DNA of 64,000 bases from Anthoceros angustus. Lineage: Eukaryota; Plantae; Anthocerotophyta. The notes under the pieces are model-generated. The model was not told the DNA's origin. It did no database searches and worked only from the letters and a program-made list of their open reading frames with translations. Within the stretch, counting starts at the first letter, position 1. Every line of letters begins with the position of its first letter. Below, in pieces: positions 1 through 13,240 of the stretch. The position numbers were made by a program, and so were the translations under genes. Location of the stretch: assembly GCA_010909165.1 (NCBI GenBank), contig MU008168.1, positions 1,364,001-1,428,000 on the forward strand, in the 5' to 3' direction.

Positions 1-3000
1 GAAGATATCCCCCTTCAAAAATTATCGGTTTAGGAATCAAGACTATTACGATAAATTTCTTCAACTCACCTTGGACATGCCCGCAGCGAAGAGCGAGAAG
101 ATCGAGCAGTTCATCGACGGCACGAAGAATGATCTCGGTGGCGTGAATCAAACGGATCAAACACAGGCGATGCAATGAGAACCGCTATCAACTACGGTAG
201 CAATAAATACAAGCATCTCAACAGAGGCGTCAAAGCCGAGATGGGGTCGGTGGCGGTGTGAAGAAGCCCGTATTCAAGATTCTCACGAAGAGAAAAAAAT
301 ACCGAGAAAACTTGTGTTTTCACGCACTTCTGAGACCACGGATCCGGGCTTGCCACATAGGAAGGAGTTCATCGCTGGCTTAAGGAAGCAGGTAAGTCTA
401 CTCGTACTCTCCGGACAGACTTCCAATGTCAAGTGGTCACTCGGTCACCATAGAAGAGGTATGAGCATAGCTCCGGCGATGTCTCGAAGTTGTGCCATGG
501 TAACAAGCTGGGTGTAACTGGATCATGTGCCAATCAAGTTGTTAGTGAGGTGAATGGAGAAAGCCACTAGTTTGCTAGACTCGGTGCTAGTCACCACTAT
601 GTCTCATTAAAGTGAAAGCGAGGTTAGTCATCTGGGACAGGACACATCCTTGTATGACCACGGATGGGCGAGACAAGCAAGGTGTACATCTGCGAAGTTG
701 CTTCCCGGTGGTTACACGGAGGTCCACAGTTCTGATGCCAACCATGCCATGACATGATCATTGGCAAACCTTGGCTAGCCAAACACTCCAATGGATTGGA
801 GATAGATCGGTCAAGTAATGTAGTTAATGAACCTCAACCAAGAACAAGACGTGATGAAAGGGACAACACGCCCCCGACAAACACTTGTTTGCCGTGGTCG
901 GCTCTTAGTAAAGCTACCGCCCACCAAGTTCCTGTATGTAGCGCCTCAAAAGGTTCTCCCTTTAGAAGGAACAATGAGTCACGTACGCCAAGCTGTGGAA
1001 GATGAGGCACTTACCGAGATGAAGGACCACAAGTGAGTATGAGGACGTTGCAACACCCACAGGATCGCCACCCCGAGAGCTATCGACCACTGCATCGAAT
1101 TAGTACCGTCATAAGCCGTGAGCATACCACCACCGGCCTCCGTGACCAAAAAAGTGAGGAGACTGCCGTTGACGACTTACAGCAAGGGTTCATCCGGCCT
1201 CCCCTTCGTGCATTGTTGGTGGAAACCAGATGGAGGTCAAGGCCTATGTATCGACTACGTGGGTTTAAACCGAGCCATTAGAAACGTGTACCGTATGCCA
1301 CGACAGACGAAATATTAGACCAAATGGGGCCGAGATTTTACTAAGGTGGATCTCAAGGCCCGGCCCATCGATTCGAATCAGAAGGGATGAATATAAACGC
1401 TGCTCAGACGAGACATGGGCACTTGAGTTCATCGTGATGCCCTTTGGCCTCACAAATGCACCACCCACCTTTCAAGGTCTCGATGCAGAATCTCGCGCCT
1501 CCTCCGCGTACCGAGGTTTTCCTCGATGACATCCTAATATACACGTCTGATCCTGCAAGCCATTATGAGTTGGTTAGGAAGGTGTTTGATCTTCTACGCA
1601 AGAACAAGCTCCTGGCAAAACGCAGCAAATGTGTATTTATGAAGGAGGAATGTGAATACATGGGCCATCCGATCACAGATGGTATCAAGGTGGACACAAA
1701 AATCAAAGCGATATCGGAGTGAAGCCTCAGATATCACACAAGGGTTCCTGGGCATATCCGCTTCTACCGGAGATTTATCGTGATTATACAAGATTGTCGC
1801 CCATTGACGGACGCCTCCGCCTAACTGCCAAAGAAAGAGCTTCTTAGGGACTTGTAGCAAGACAAGCTTTTCGAGGCCCTCAAGGAGGCTCAGTACAAAG
1901 ACTGATTAGCAAAGGCCAATCCAAAGTTATTCACAACACCGATGCTTTGGACTTCGCCATGGGGGCGATTCTCCTGTGAGGGCAAGGTCATTGCCTATGA
2001 GTCACTAAGCTGGTGCAGCTGAACTACCGCATATGACAAAGAGATGTTGGCCATAGTGCACGACCGAGAACTTGGCGACATTACCCGCTTGGTCAAGTTC
2101 ACATGCCACACCGATCATCATTCATTGCAAAGACTTTTTTCACCAACCCAACCTCGAACAGGCGCCGCTGCTGGTTGGCATTCAATTTCAACCGATGTCA
2201 CCACTAATGTGGTGGCCGATGCCCCGAGCCGGGCTGCACCCTCATGACAACCCACCAACACCATCACTTGGAGAGAGGCTCTTCCTCGAGACCCACATTA
2301 TGGACAATTTATCGGTATCAGATGTACAACAGTACACCTACCCCACTCATGCAAGAATACACATTGAAAGATGCGTGCCTATAGTAAAAGGTCGACTCGT
2401 TATACCCGAACAACTAGCGATGTGAAGAGGTCCATTCTTCATGATCTCCACGATGACCCCATCTCGGCCATCTTGGAGTCGATAAGACATATGCTAGAGT
2501 AAAGGAGCATTTTACCGATGCGGGGCCGATGCTATTAATTGCGCGCTCGCACTCTTGCCAAGCTAAGACCGAGAATCGGAACAAATGTCTCGCATTTCCT
2601 CCGCATCCCCATCGGCAGATTCCACCATCTCCATGGACTTTATCACACACATCTGCACTGACCGGTAAGGATGATTCGGGTGGTCATGGACCGCCCAAAA
2701 CTTGCCACTTGATCCCTACCATGCCAATGTTACAAAGAAAGAAACTAGCTCGGCTCATCCGAGAAATTTTATGGAGCTCCTGATGATAGTGTCCGGCGAG
2801 ATACGAAGTTTTTAGGCTCGAAGACCTTCACAGAGACGCTGGAATCCAACAAGACCTCTCGTCCTCATGTCACCCGAGTCTGGACGCAGAGCACAATCAG
2901 TGCTTGAAGATATGTTGCGCACTTCACTCACGACAAGCAAGGGCGGGAAACCATGTTACCTCTTGAATATGCCTACAATTCTTCCCCATGCCGGCTGTGG

Positions 3001-4000
3001 TAGCTCCTTCAAGCTCCTTTACCAGGCCCCCTCCGCCTTGGCCTATGGCCCAGACAAGATGTGATGGCGCAATGAGTGGTCAAGACTTGTTCCACGAATC
3101 CAGAAGCACGAAGCAAGCTCACAGCACTAATCGATATTACAGTTGGCTTAACCAAAGACTGGCCGACATGTGAGCTACTGTCAGTGATGGTGGCTGGATG
3201 AAACCGATCGATACCCCTCCCGGTTCAAGAAGCACAAACTTAGCTACCGATTTGGGACCATTCCGGATCAAGCAGTGAACTGGTGCCCACCGAGCTCCCC
3301 GTGACATCATATGTAAGACATTCCATGTCTCCATGTCAAGCCCGTCACACGACCACCGTGACTTACAGCAGACCATCACCCCCGTTGTTCACAAATGTTG
3401 CCACAACAACGCATGTCACCGGCAACGCATCAAGACACTCGACCCTCCTCCAACCAAAGACACCACCACCAAACGAAAGCAGAGACCTCCATCCAGAACT
3501 CGACCGGATCATACTGGCCAACGCCAGCCCGCCATCGCACTATCACATTATCCGTGCGCAAACCCGACGAGCTTGCATCCGGGAACAAAGACCGGTGTCG
3601 CAGATTTCTCTACCATTCTTGATGGTCGGAGGACCGCACCATGCCTAATGGGGAGAATGTGACTCACTCCGATAGGGTACCCACACAAACTTCGCTCGCT
3701 ATGGCGCAGCAACCTAACGGACGCAAACGAGGCGACGGAGATAATAACAGACTTACTAATGTAGAAACGGTAAAACCAGACTAACCTCGTTATCCAGAAT
3801 TAGGAAATAGCCGATTAAATATGGGTAAATTCCGTAAATTAGAATCGAGGTAGAATCAGTAAACAAGAACCGATTGATTTCCCAAGAGTTCTTAGCATGA
3901 ACGAGGCCGGGACCTATATGTACACAAGAAACAAGAATGAAAGATGCCCATTCCTAGACTCATCGCCTAACCCCAGAGCCGAGGATTGTTGCATATTACA
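1..4000 (+). mobile_element. Degenerate Ty3/gypsy LTR retrotransposon (5' part outside window)
   Basis: Frameshifted remnants in gypsy order: protease LLDSGASHHY (~573-600), RT VMPFGLTNAPPTF (~1435-1473) and VFLDDILIY (~1515-1543), RNase H and integrase pieces, GPF motif (~3255). Purine tract GGGGAGAA 3650-3657 is followed by a TG...CA LTR. Confidence 0.85.
3658..4000 (+). repeat. 3' LTR of the gypsy element
   Basis: Starts TGTGAC right after the polypurine tract and ends ATTACA, where copia RT sequence begins. Confidence 0.65.
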
Positions 4001-5916
4001 TGTCGAAAGGAAAATTGGAAAATTGCCATTAGGTCGAGGCTGGATTCACTAAGAGCTAACAAAACATGGACACTTACCACCTTACCTCCATATAGAAAAT
4101 TAGCTCCTAAGTGGACATTCAAGATAAATGCAGATGGCGATAGAGAGGTACAAGGCGTTAGTAGCTAAGGGCTATTCTCGAACACGGTTTTGATTATGAT
4201 GAAACCTTTAGCCGGTACTTAAGATTACATCACTTAGAACCCTCATAGCACTAGCCTCTCATCACGATTATGAGCTCATGCAATTAGATATAAAAAGCCT
4301 TTTATATGGGGACCTACAACACACCATATACATGGAAATACCGAAGGGATTAAAGTCAATGACGACTATACAATGCATGCAATTATTAAAGGCACTCTAT
4401 GGACTTAAGGTGCTATGGAATGGTACTCTAAATTGGATGAAACTTTAGAGGCCTTAGGGTTTACAAAACTAGACTCGGATAGTAATATCTACATTAGAAA
4501 ATCGATGGTGTTTCATTCTACTTGTATCGTAGATGATATAGTACTAATGTCTAACTCCAAACCCATGCTAGAAGAAACTAGGTCAATGCTTTCAAAGCGT
4601 TTTGCTATGACCACTAGCATTGATCTTATTGTTTAGGTATTCAAATTGTTAGACATAGAGAGTCTAGAAGCATATTTATACATCTCCAAATATATACGGA
4701 AGTTCTAGCTAAGTACAAGATGCAAGACTCTAAGCCCATTTCCACGCCAATGGAAGTTAACCTTAAGTTGATTAAAGGCATCGAGATTCAACTCGGATCT
4801 CGACACCAATGAGTTACCCTACTCTTCAGCAATGGAAGCCTTATGTATTTAATGGTAGACGACCGAGACCTTGCTTTTCGTGGGAGCACTTTCTCGGTTT
4901 ATCATCTTCCACACAAGAACACCGGAAGGCCATTAGCGCATATTTAGATATCTTAGATCTACTGGATATGGGACTCTGACAATCTCCCATCAAGGAAGAT
5001 GAGCACCTTCATCGAAGGATATAGTGATGCCGATTGGGCGGAGACAAAGCGTTAGGAAAAGAAACGGCTATGTGTACTGCCGGGCACTACAAGTTGGAGC
5101 AGAAAGCAGTGTGATTGCTCTAAGTTCATGGCGAATATTTCTCCTTGACACATGCTTGTAAGGAGGGATTATGGCAGCTTTTAAATTATCGAGTTGGGAG
5201 AAATTCAAGATCTCCCAAGACCTCTCTATTGTGATAACTGTGAGCTATCTCACTTACTTACTCCAAGTTCCACTGCAACCAAACACATAGAGGTACAATT
5301 TCATTTTATCCATAAGCAGCGAAGGACGGAAAGTTCAAGTCATATATTGGCCGACGGAACAAATGACAAATGATATCCTCACCAAGGCTCTCACAAGCAT
5401 CAACAACATTGTGCATCAATGGGCCTAAGAAGACTATCTCAAGTCTTTTAGTAACAATTAATTCTCAAGTATATAAGTCCTAAGTTTAATGCTAGCTCAC
5501 TAAGTGGAGTGTTGAGATAAATAGTATCGCTAGCCTAATTTAGGCACGTTTCCTAGTAGTTCGTGCACGAAGCGTTATGTCACCGCAGTTACTTTTCAAG
5601 GCACCGTTCACGAACATAAAACTCAATGTCTGCTAAATGTGATTGACTCCCTTGTTCTCATTGAGACCGATCGTAATGCATTGAATATTTTACTGAAGGG
5701 ATGGCATTTCCCCACCTCCCTCATCCGTATCGAGGAATGGAGGTGTAGCTTTATCTCTGCGGAGGGAACCACCCAGCCCTTCTCCTTTATATTGTTTCGA
5801 CCAAACGATATCATGAGCACAATTGAAACCGCGCGCGCTTGAAACCCAGTGGTAACAATCATCAAACTTTCACCTTAAACTCGCGACATTGAGGATCACT
5901 TCCAAGGCGTTCGACA
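4001..5916 (+). mobile_element. Degenerate Ty1/copia RT-RNase H region plus 3' LTR
   Basis: WKIAIRSRLDSLRANKTWTL, DYDETF, CIVDDIVL, GYSDADWA and KHIEVQFHFI remnants with many frameshifts. A purine tract precedes TGTTGA at 5510. Confidence 0.85.
5510..5916 (+). repeat. 3' LTR of the copia remnant
   Basis: TGTTGA...TCGACA near-inverted termini after the purine tract; the right boundary is inferred. Confidence 0.55.
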
Positions 5917-6129
5917 GAATAGTACTAGTCTAAGCCAAGATGAGGTTCACCCATTCCAGTGAGGATTGGCCATACTGTGTGTGTGATGACCAAGTCCTCG
6001 GAAAATCCATCCCGCATCTTCCAAGCATGGTTGCACATAAAAGGAGCTGGAGTCAAAGGATACCCAATCGCGTGCTCACAACTAGAAATGCAGATGGCTT
6101 GTCGGGAAATTTGGGTGACCAAACCGTTG

Positions 6130-6415
6130 TCCTTTGTTGTGTTTATCCCCTTTGTGCTTTGTCTGCCTCTAGGTGGTCGACGCTCACTCTCACTGGCCGC
6201 GCTAATAGCACACTCCGCAATCCTGTGGTCTCGGATGGAGGAGGAGGAGGATCCATGCAACGAGCTACCTCAAGAGAGGAGGATCCACGATGAGCTAGCT
6301 AAGGAGATGGAGGAGGAGGATCCTGTAACTAGCCTCTCAAAGAGATGGAGGAGGAGGGGAAGATCCTTGCAACTAGCTACCTCAAGAGAAGATCCATGCA
6401 ACCAGCTACCTCGAT
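6130..6415 (+). pseudogene. 5'-only fragment of the local F-box gene family
   Basis: Homologous to 7270-7720 (ttgttgtgtttatccc leader; MEEEEDPCNELPQE-type repeats) but stops before the F-box core. Confidence 0.7.
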
Positions 6416-7389
6416 GGTGACACACATCCAACGGGTAAGGTTAGCTATATTATCATTATTTATTAAAGAAGCACTTTTATTAAAGCTTCAAGGCTTAAGC
6501 TTCAAATATATATATAAATATAGAATATATAGAGATTTTTCTTGTGACAAGTTATATATATATAAATTTATAAAATTAATAGTTATATAATTTAAACTAC
6601 CATAAATACATAGGATATTGTACATAATTATTGATAAATGATTTATGACAAGCCAAGTTTATATATCATACTTTTCTAGATATATTTCGAGATCCTGTCA
6701 TCGATCATGTTTGTTGATTGATCACCTTGTTCCTTGACTAATTGAAATAGGGGTACAACTCATAAGTAGAATAAAACAAAATTAAAAAGAATTCTTGAGA
6801 ACTGATGTAATATCTAAATTAGTGGCTTCCTCTATATGGATGACACTCGTTTGACTCATTACTCTTTGGTTTTGGAAGACTTGGTGACTTTCACCTACTT
6901 TTCATTTTCACGACATTAATTAAAACTTTTGGACTCTCAATTTCAGCTTTATTGAAACGCTAATCAGTCACTTTAATATAGATCACCTATACTATAATTT
7001 ATTGATATTTATTATAAATAATCATATGATTCATTGATTCAATTTTGGACCCTATCCATTAGCAAGGAGTTCTTGGTAGACAGGTTTGAGCTACATCTAA
7101 ATGACAATCAATCAAGATATGGGAATCGACTCCACTATCTACCTAATTTACTAAATTAAATAAACCCTAATAATCCCAAAGGAATCGTACCCTAAGGTAA
7201 ACCCTAACGAAGATTTAACTAATGACCCTCACCAACGAGGATAAATTGTGGACCCTGAAGGTTTAGTCTACAACCCTTGTGCTTTGTTGTGTTTATCCCT
7301 TTGTGTTTGTTGCGTCTCGAGGAGGTCGACTCGCGCTCACTTCGAGTGCCGCTGGGAGCTTGGACATATCGTCATCGCACGTTCCAGCA

Positions 7390-8880
7390 ATGCCAGGGTC
7401 TGGGATGGAGGAGGAGGATTCAGGCAACGAGCTACCTCAACAGATGGAGGAGGAGGATTCAGGCAACGAGCTACCTCAACAGATGGAGGAGGAGGATTCA
7501 GGCAACGAGCTACCTCAACAGATGGAGGAGGAGGATTCAGGCAACGAGCTACCTCAACAGATGGAGGAGGAGGATTCAGGCAACGAGCTACCTCAACAGA
7601 TGGAGGATCAGGCAACGAGCTACCTCAACAGATGGAGGAGGAGGATTCAGGCAACGAGCTACCTCAACAGATGGAGGAGGAGGACGATGCATGCAACGAG
7701 CTACCTCAAGACATGGTGACAAAGATCCTGGCTCGGCTGTCGGTGCCGAGCCTGATACGGTCGCGGGCGGTTTGCAGACAGTGGAGGGAGGCGGTGTCAT
7801 CGCGGCCCTTGTTCCAGGAGCGGGTGGAATCGCGAGCGAGAGGGCGTGACCGGATGCTGGTGGTGGTAGGCTTCCTACCCGACTCTGGCATCGCCTCTTG
7901 CGTCTACGACCCGTCATCCAACCGCTGGCACAAGCTTCAGCTCCCGAATGGCTGCGAGGCTCTCGAGCCAGGTGGGTGAAGCTCCCGAAGATATCGCCGG
8001 GCGGTGGCCTGGTGCTGTCCACCTTGTCCCCGGCGCAAGGCTGGGACGTGGGCATCCCGCACCTGGGCAACCCGGTGACGGGCTCCTGGACCACCCTACC
8101 GGAGTTCCCAGACCTCCTGCGGATCGATCACGTGCATGGGATGTGGGTGGACGCCGAGGCTTGCTCCTTCAAGCTCGTGGCTGTGGACGTGATGTGGTGG
8201 GGCTTCCTGATCATCGACGATCCCATCTACACCGGCGTCTTCGATTCCAAGCTGGGGACATGGAGTGTGAAACACTGCGTCTCGCCCATGCCCGATCAGG
8301 AGGCAGTCAGGTACAACCAGGTCCATGGGGCCGTGTTTGTAGGCAGCGTGCTCTACTGCCTTACCACAAGGTGCAATCTGCTGGCATTCGACCTGGAGCA
8401 GGCCAGCTGGAGCTGGTTGGCTGTGGCGGCCCGGCCTCGCCCATTCCGTTTGCTTGACTGCAACGGGCCCGTCAACGTGCGGGGCCGGCTGCTGTGCTTG
8501 GCCGTGGGCAGGACCGCAGGACCCATGACAGAGTTCGGTGTAATGCTATGGAGGTTTGGGAGCTGGACTTGGCGCGCATCGCCTGGACGGTGGTGGCCGC
8601 CATGCCCGCTCCCATGGTCAGTCACTTCTGGCGGCCTGGCCCGCGTCCGATCGTCGACGGATTTCACTTCACGCCTGCGTATCGCCATGACATCATGGTC
8701 GTGGCGGGGACGACGAAGTTTACTTTAAACGGGAGGGGGGGACAAGATTGCGGCTGTCGATTTGCGAGAAGCGACTCCGACTTGGAGATGGCTTCCGCCG
8801 GGCCCGACCATCAGTTTAAGGGAGTCTCCATTCCGTGGATCCTTGGCTGCAATTCGGCAGCGGGAATCAAGCCAGATTAG
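7390..8880 (+). CDS. F-box protein with acidic N-terminal repeats (apparent frameshifts ~7607, ~7945, ~8560)
   Basis: F-box motif NELPQDMVTKILARLSVPSLIRSRAVCRQW followed by an F-box-associated beta-propeller-like region (NPVTGSWTTLP, FVGSVLYCL, LLAFDLEQASW). The domain is split across ORFs 7248..7979, 7898..8728 and 8494..8880. Confidence 0.8.
7405..7710 (+). repeat. 39-bp coding minisatellite (MEEEDSGNELPQQ), ~8 units
   Basis: atggaggaggaggattcaggcaacgagctacctcaacag repeated, with one 32-bp unit at ~7600. Confidence 0.95.
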
Positions 8881-9349
8881 GCTAAACATGACAGTATTCA
8901 TTTTGTGCTAGGAGTCTTGAGTCCTCACTGTTTACATCCTTGGCTGCAGCCTGCAATTTGGCAAAAGCAGCATCAGTCGGAACATGCATTCAACAACTGT
9001 CTGCAGCATTCACTTGTAGTAGCTGCATGTATAGCTCTAGGCTAGCTAGCTTTAAATCCAGCTTTTGTCTAGCTGTGTTCTGCAATCAAAACACCCTTTG
9101 CCTCCCATACCTGCCTGGAAAGTAGACCAAGAATTCGCCATGATCCTGGATGTTCTCCTTCTCGCACAGATGGCTTCAACACCAACCGTCGCGTGAGGTA
9201 GGTGACCTCCGCTTCCTGCTTCAGACGTGCATTCGCGCTCTAGCTACTTTTAACGCAATCCTCTCCTTTCTCCCACCAGAAATCTTTGTAGCAACTCAAT
9301 GCTCGCCACTGCAGGTTTCCTGCTAGCTTCTGCTACCTTTCTCAGTGTT

Positions 9350-9570
9350 TCAGTCCGCTCTACCTATGCACGCGCTTCCTGGGGTCCAGCCCAACAATGC
9401 TTTCAAAACACCACATAGCTCTCTCCGCATCCCCAAGACTTTTGCAGGCATTTAACAAACATCTCAAACCCACAACAGGACTTCGGCCCTCACGTGACAG
9501 TAGCATACTAGTCCCTCGTGACTGACGTGCAACGAAAAGCAAGTAAAGTAGCACCATCAGGCTGATGTAT
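9350..9570 (-). pseudogene. PPR (PLS/E-type) gene fragment
   Basis: Frameshifted QPDGATL...SHEGLV (PD..TF..L.ACSH.GL-like) followed by LLNACKSLGDAERA...LDP (E-motif-like). Confidence 0.5.
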
Positions 9571-10089
9571 CAGGCTGGGCGAATAACATGCTCACGGTTC
9601 CAGCCGTTACGATGCCCATTTCCAATCCCTATGTTCAGGCTTAATAGCCGGAGAGCTCGGTTTGGAAGAAAAAGCACCATGGCCCATCTGCATATCCAGC
9701 GAAACGACTGCAAGTATGCAGGAGGATGGCATCACTCTGCTCGACGGAATTCTGTCTTGACAGATGGCGAGGAAGAGGCCTGATTCAGGCTCCTTGCATC
9801 AAATCCTGTAACAGCTCGAATCCTGGAATTGAGTGATATCGATCAATTGCAAGGCAATTCCTTCCTTGGCTGCATGCAATCCGCTTCAATGGCATGCACA
9901 TTTGATGTGATGAACTCATCCTAATTTTGCACTTCGCTCACATGGTACATATGCATCGCAGGTGATGCGTATACATGTTGCACCCTTGCTGAATTATACA
10001 CCAAGCACCTGGGCTTCGATGGAGCACAGCCACGCCGACCAGGCAGGTATTGGAGATAAAAGGATGCTTTGATTGCAGAACACAGGTGG

Positions 10090-12410
10090 ACAAAAGCTGG
10101 ATTTGAAGCTAGCTAGCCTACAGCTATATACATGTCGCTACTACAAGTGATTGCTGCAGACAGTTGTTGAATGCATGTTCCGACCAATGTTGCTTCAAGC
10201 TGCAGGATTGCAGGCTGCAGCCAAGGACGTAACAGTGAGGACTCAACATCCCTAGCACAAAACGAACACTGTCATTTTTAGCCTAATCTCGCTTAATGCC
10301 CGCAGTCGAATTGCAGCCAAGGATCCAGGCAGTGAAGACTCCCTTTTAAATTTATTGGGGCAGGCGGAAGCCACCTCCATGCCGGAGGCGTTCCTCGCAA
10401 ATCGAGAGCCGCAATCCTTTGATCCCCACCTCCTGCATAAAGTAAACTTCGTCGTCCCCGCCACGACGATGAGGTCATGGCGATCCGCAGGCGTGAACTC
10501 CAATAGGTCGAAAATCGGACGCGGGCCAGACCGCCAGAAGTGACTGACCATGGGAACGGGCATGGCGGCCACCACCGTCCAGGCGATGCGCTCCAAGTCC
10601 AGCTCCCAAATCTCCATATGATTATACGGAACTGTGTCATGGGTCCGCGTGCCTTCGGCTAAGACAGCAGCCGGCCCCGCACGTTGACGGGCCCATTGCA
10701 GTCAATCAAACAGAAGCGGGAGGCGTTGCCACAGCCAACCAGCTCCAGCTGGCCTGCTCCAGGTCGTAGGCCAGCAGCTTGCACCCTGTGGTAAGGCAGT
10801 AGAGCACGCTGCCCACAAACACGGCCCCTGGGACTCGTTGAACCTGCCTGCCTCTTGGTCGGGCATGGGCGAGGCGGAGGTCGACACACTCCATGTCCCG
10901 AGCATGGAATCGAAGACGCCGGTGTGGATGGGGCCGTTGACGAACGGGAAGCCCCACCACTGCACATCCACAACCACCAGCTTGAAGGAGCCAGCCTCCG
11001 TGTCCGCCCACATCCCCTGCACGTGATTGATCCGCAGTAACTGTGGAGCTCCGGTAGGGTGGTCCAGGAGCCCGTCACCGCTGCCCAGGTGCAGGATGCG
11101 GAAGCCCAAGCCCTGCGCCGGGCACCTGGTGGACACCACCAGGCCCCGTCCGGCGATACGTCCGGGATTTTCACCGACCTGGCTCGAGAGCCTCGCAGCC
11201 ATGGCGGGAGCTGAGCTTGTGCCATCGGTTAGACGACCGGTCGTAGACCCAAGAGGCGATGCCGGACCCGCGTACGAAGCCTACCACCAGCAACATCCGG
11301 TCCCGCTCTCCCTCTCGCGATTCCACCCGCTCCTGGAACAAGTGCCGCGATGACACCGCCTCATTCCACTCTCTGCACACCGCTCGCGACCGGACCAGGC
11401 TCGGCACCGACAGCCGAGCCAGGATCTTTGTCACCATCTCTAGAGGGAGCTGGTTGCATGGATCCTCCTCCTCCTCCTCCTCCTCCATCTCTTGAGGTAG
11501 GTCGTTGCATGGATCCTCCTCCATCTGTTGAGGTAACTCGTTGCCTGAATCCTCCTCCTCCTCCTCCATCCGAGACCCTAGCATTGCTGGAACGTGCGGT
11601 GACGACATGTCCAAGCTCCCAGCTGCAGCCACAGTGAGCGCGGGTCGACCACCTCGAGACAGAACAAAGCACAAAGGGGATAAACACAACAAATCACCAG
11701 GGACAATAGACTAAACCGTCAGGGTACACAATTTATCCTCCTTCTTCAGCTTCATTTAGTTTTATCTTCGGTAGGGTTTACCACACGTTTGGGTTCCTTA
11801 GGATTTACCTTATGATACATTTAGTACACTAGGTAGGTAGTAGATTCGATCCTTGTACTGCATACCTCGGTTGATTATTACTTAGATGCAGGTTAAACCT
11901 TGTTGATCAAGAACTCTCTGAGTGAAGATTAAATTAATAAAGATTAAATCGATAAATCATATAACTATTGCTAAAAATATTTTAAATATTAAATATTGTT
12001 ATTTAAATTTAGATTATGAACATGATAGTGATCTATATCAAAAGTGAAAATTTAGAATTTCAATAATATTCCTGAAAATTAAATTACTTGTTTACCGAAA
12101 CCGAAAGAGTAGCGAGTCAAAATGAATCTTTTTGAGATAAACGAAATTGCTGATTTAAAAATTACATCAGTTTTTCAAGAATTCTTTTGAATTTTATTTT
12201 ATTCTTCTTTTGAGTTGTGTTTTGTTTTAATTGGCTGACAAACAAGGTGATCAATGAGCAAACATGATCCAGGACGGGTCTAGTAGCGTATCTAGAAAAG
12301 CATAAAGTATTGACTTTTTTGGCTTGTCATGAATCTGAAAACTGATACATCTCTAGAAAAGTATAAAGTATAGACTTTTTTGGCTTGTCATAAATCTGAA
12401 AACTTATACA
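10090..12410 (-). repeat. Right arm of the inverted duplication
   Basis: Reverse-complement match to 6630-9115. Confidence 0.85.
10282..11584 (-). pseudogene. F-box paralog (multiple apparent frameshifts; pseudogene or sequencing error)
   Basis: CNQLPLEMVTKILARLSVPSLVRSRAVCREW; the C-terminal region is colinear with the + strand copy but spread over five or more ORFs. Confidence 0.75.
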
Positions 12411-13207
12411 TTTATTTGAAATAAAATCTGGAAACAAATTTATACAAATATGTTACTATAAAATATGGGAACTGTAAGATGTTTCTAGGTTCTTCACAAC
12501 CAATGCAAAATACGATGAACTACCTAATATTACCACATTTTTTACAACATGCCTAGAGAATGTGTTCATATGAAATAGCCACATGGGACGTGAGGCCTTA
12601 TCAAGGGCTTGCCTTTTGGTTTAACACTACTGCTTAAATTTGCTCACCTTGAGCACTGGTACTAATTATACAGCAGGGCATGTAGCCGCACTCACATATT
12701 GTCCAAAGAGATTGGAAGAGGCATGAGCACAAGTATTTAGTGGACACCAACCAAGCTGCGTCAAATCCATGAATTGATCTAATTGAGGCATTTTCTCGTC
12801 TACTAGTTTTCAATTTAAGAGACCTCATCAGACAAATGAGGCAGAAGGGCCTGCTTTTTGGTTTAACAATGTTGCTTGCCTTCTCAATGCCTGGAGAATT
12901 GGTGCCTTCCACAAATAAAGAAGGTGTCTCAGTTGATGATGACGCGAAGGATACCTTCCCTTGGGGGCTGGATCAAGTATAACATGGGCATGATGTGGGG
13001 ATTGAAATTGTATGGACGACCCAGGTGACCTTATGCCTGAGTTTTTGACTCAGCCCTCTGTTTTCCCCGACTCTTGTCCAGCTATGTATGCTCCATCCCT
13101 GGCCTCTTCACCTCAAGCAGCACCTATCTCTATTGTTCCTGCTCGAGAGGGAGAAGATGAACAGGCCATTGTTGATCCTTATGAAAACAGAGAAGACTTT
13201 CGTGCTC

Positions 13208-13240
13208 AACACCATAATATTTGAAGCGGCTGAATATACA
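13208..13240 (+). repeat. Left TIR
   Basis: AACACCATAATATTTGAAGCGGCTGAATATACA, the exact reverse complement of 30209-30241. Confidence 0.95.

Larger units (their letters stand above)
6630..9115 (+). repeat. Left arm of a ~2.4-kb inverted duplication
   Basis: Upstream AT-rich region, F-box gene and 3' flank all match the reverse complement of ~10090-12410. Examples: gatcatgtttg...gatcaccttgtt and ttatgacaagcc in both; agctagctagc 3' flank. Confidence 0.85.

Noticed and set aside
3283-3662. Chromodomain or extra ORF at the end of the gypsy integrase
   Set aside because: No recognisable chromodomain residues; the sequence is too degenerate to call.
7405-7710. CRISPR-like appearance of the 39-bp repeats (also the 43-bp and 85-bp arrays)
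   Set aside because: Units are head-to-tail with no unique spacers, the context is eukaryotic, and there are no cas genes.
12875-12911. ~36-bp direct repeat with 30305-30341 as an element terminus or long TSD
   Set aside because: The true TIR/TSD pair lies inside it. The flanks share several other degenerate motifs, so this is pre-existing repeated host sequence.
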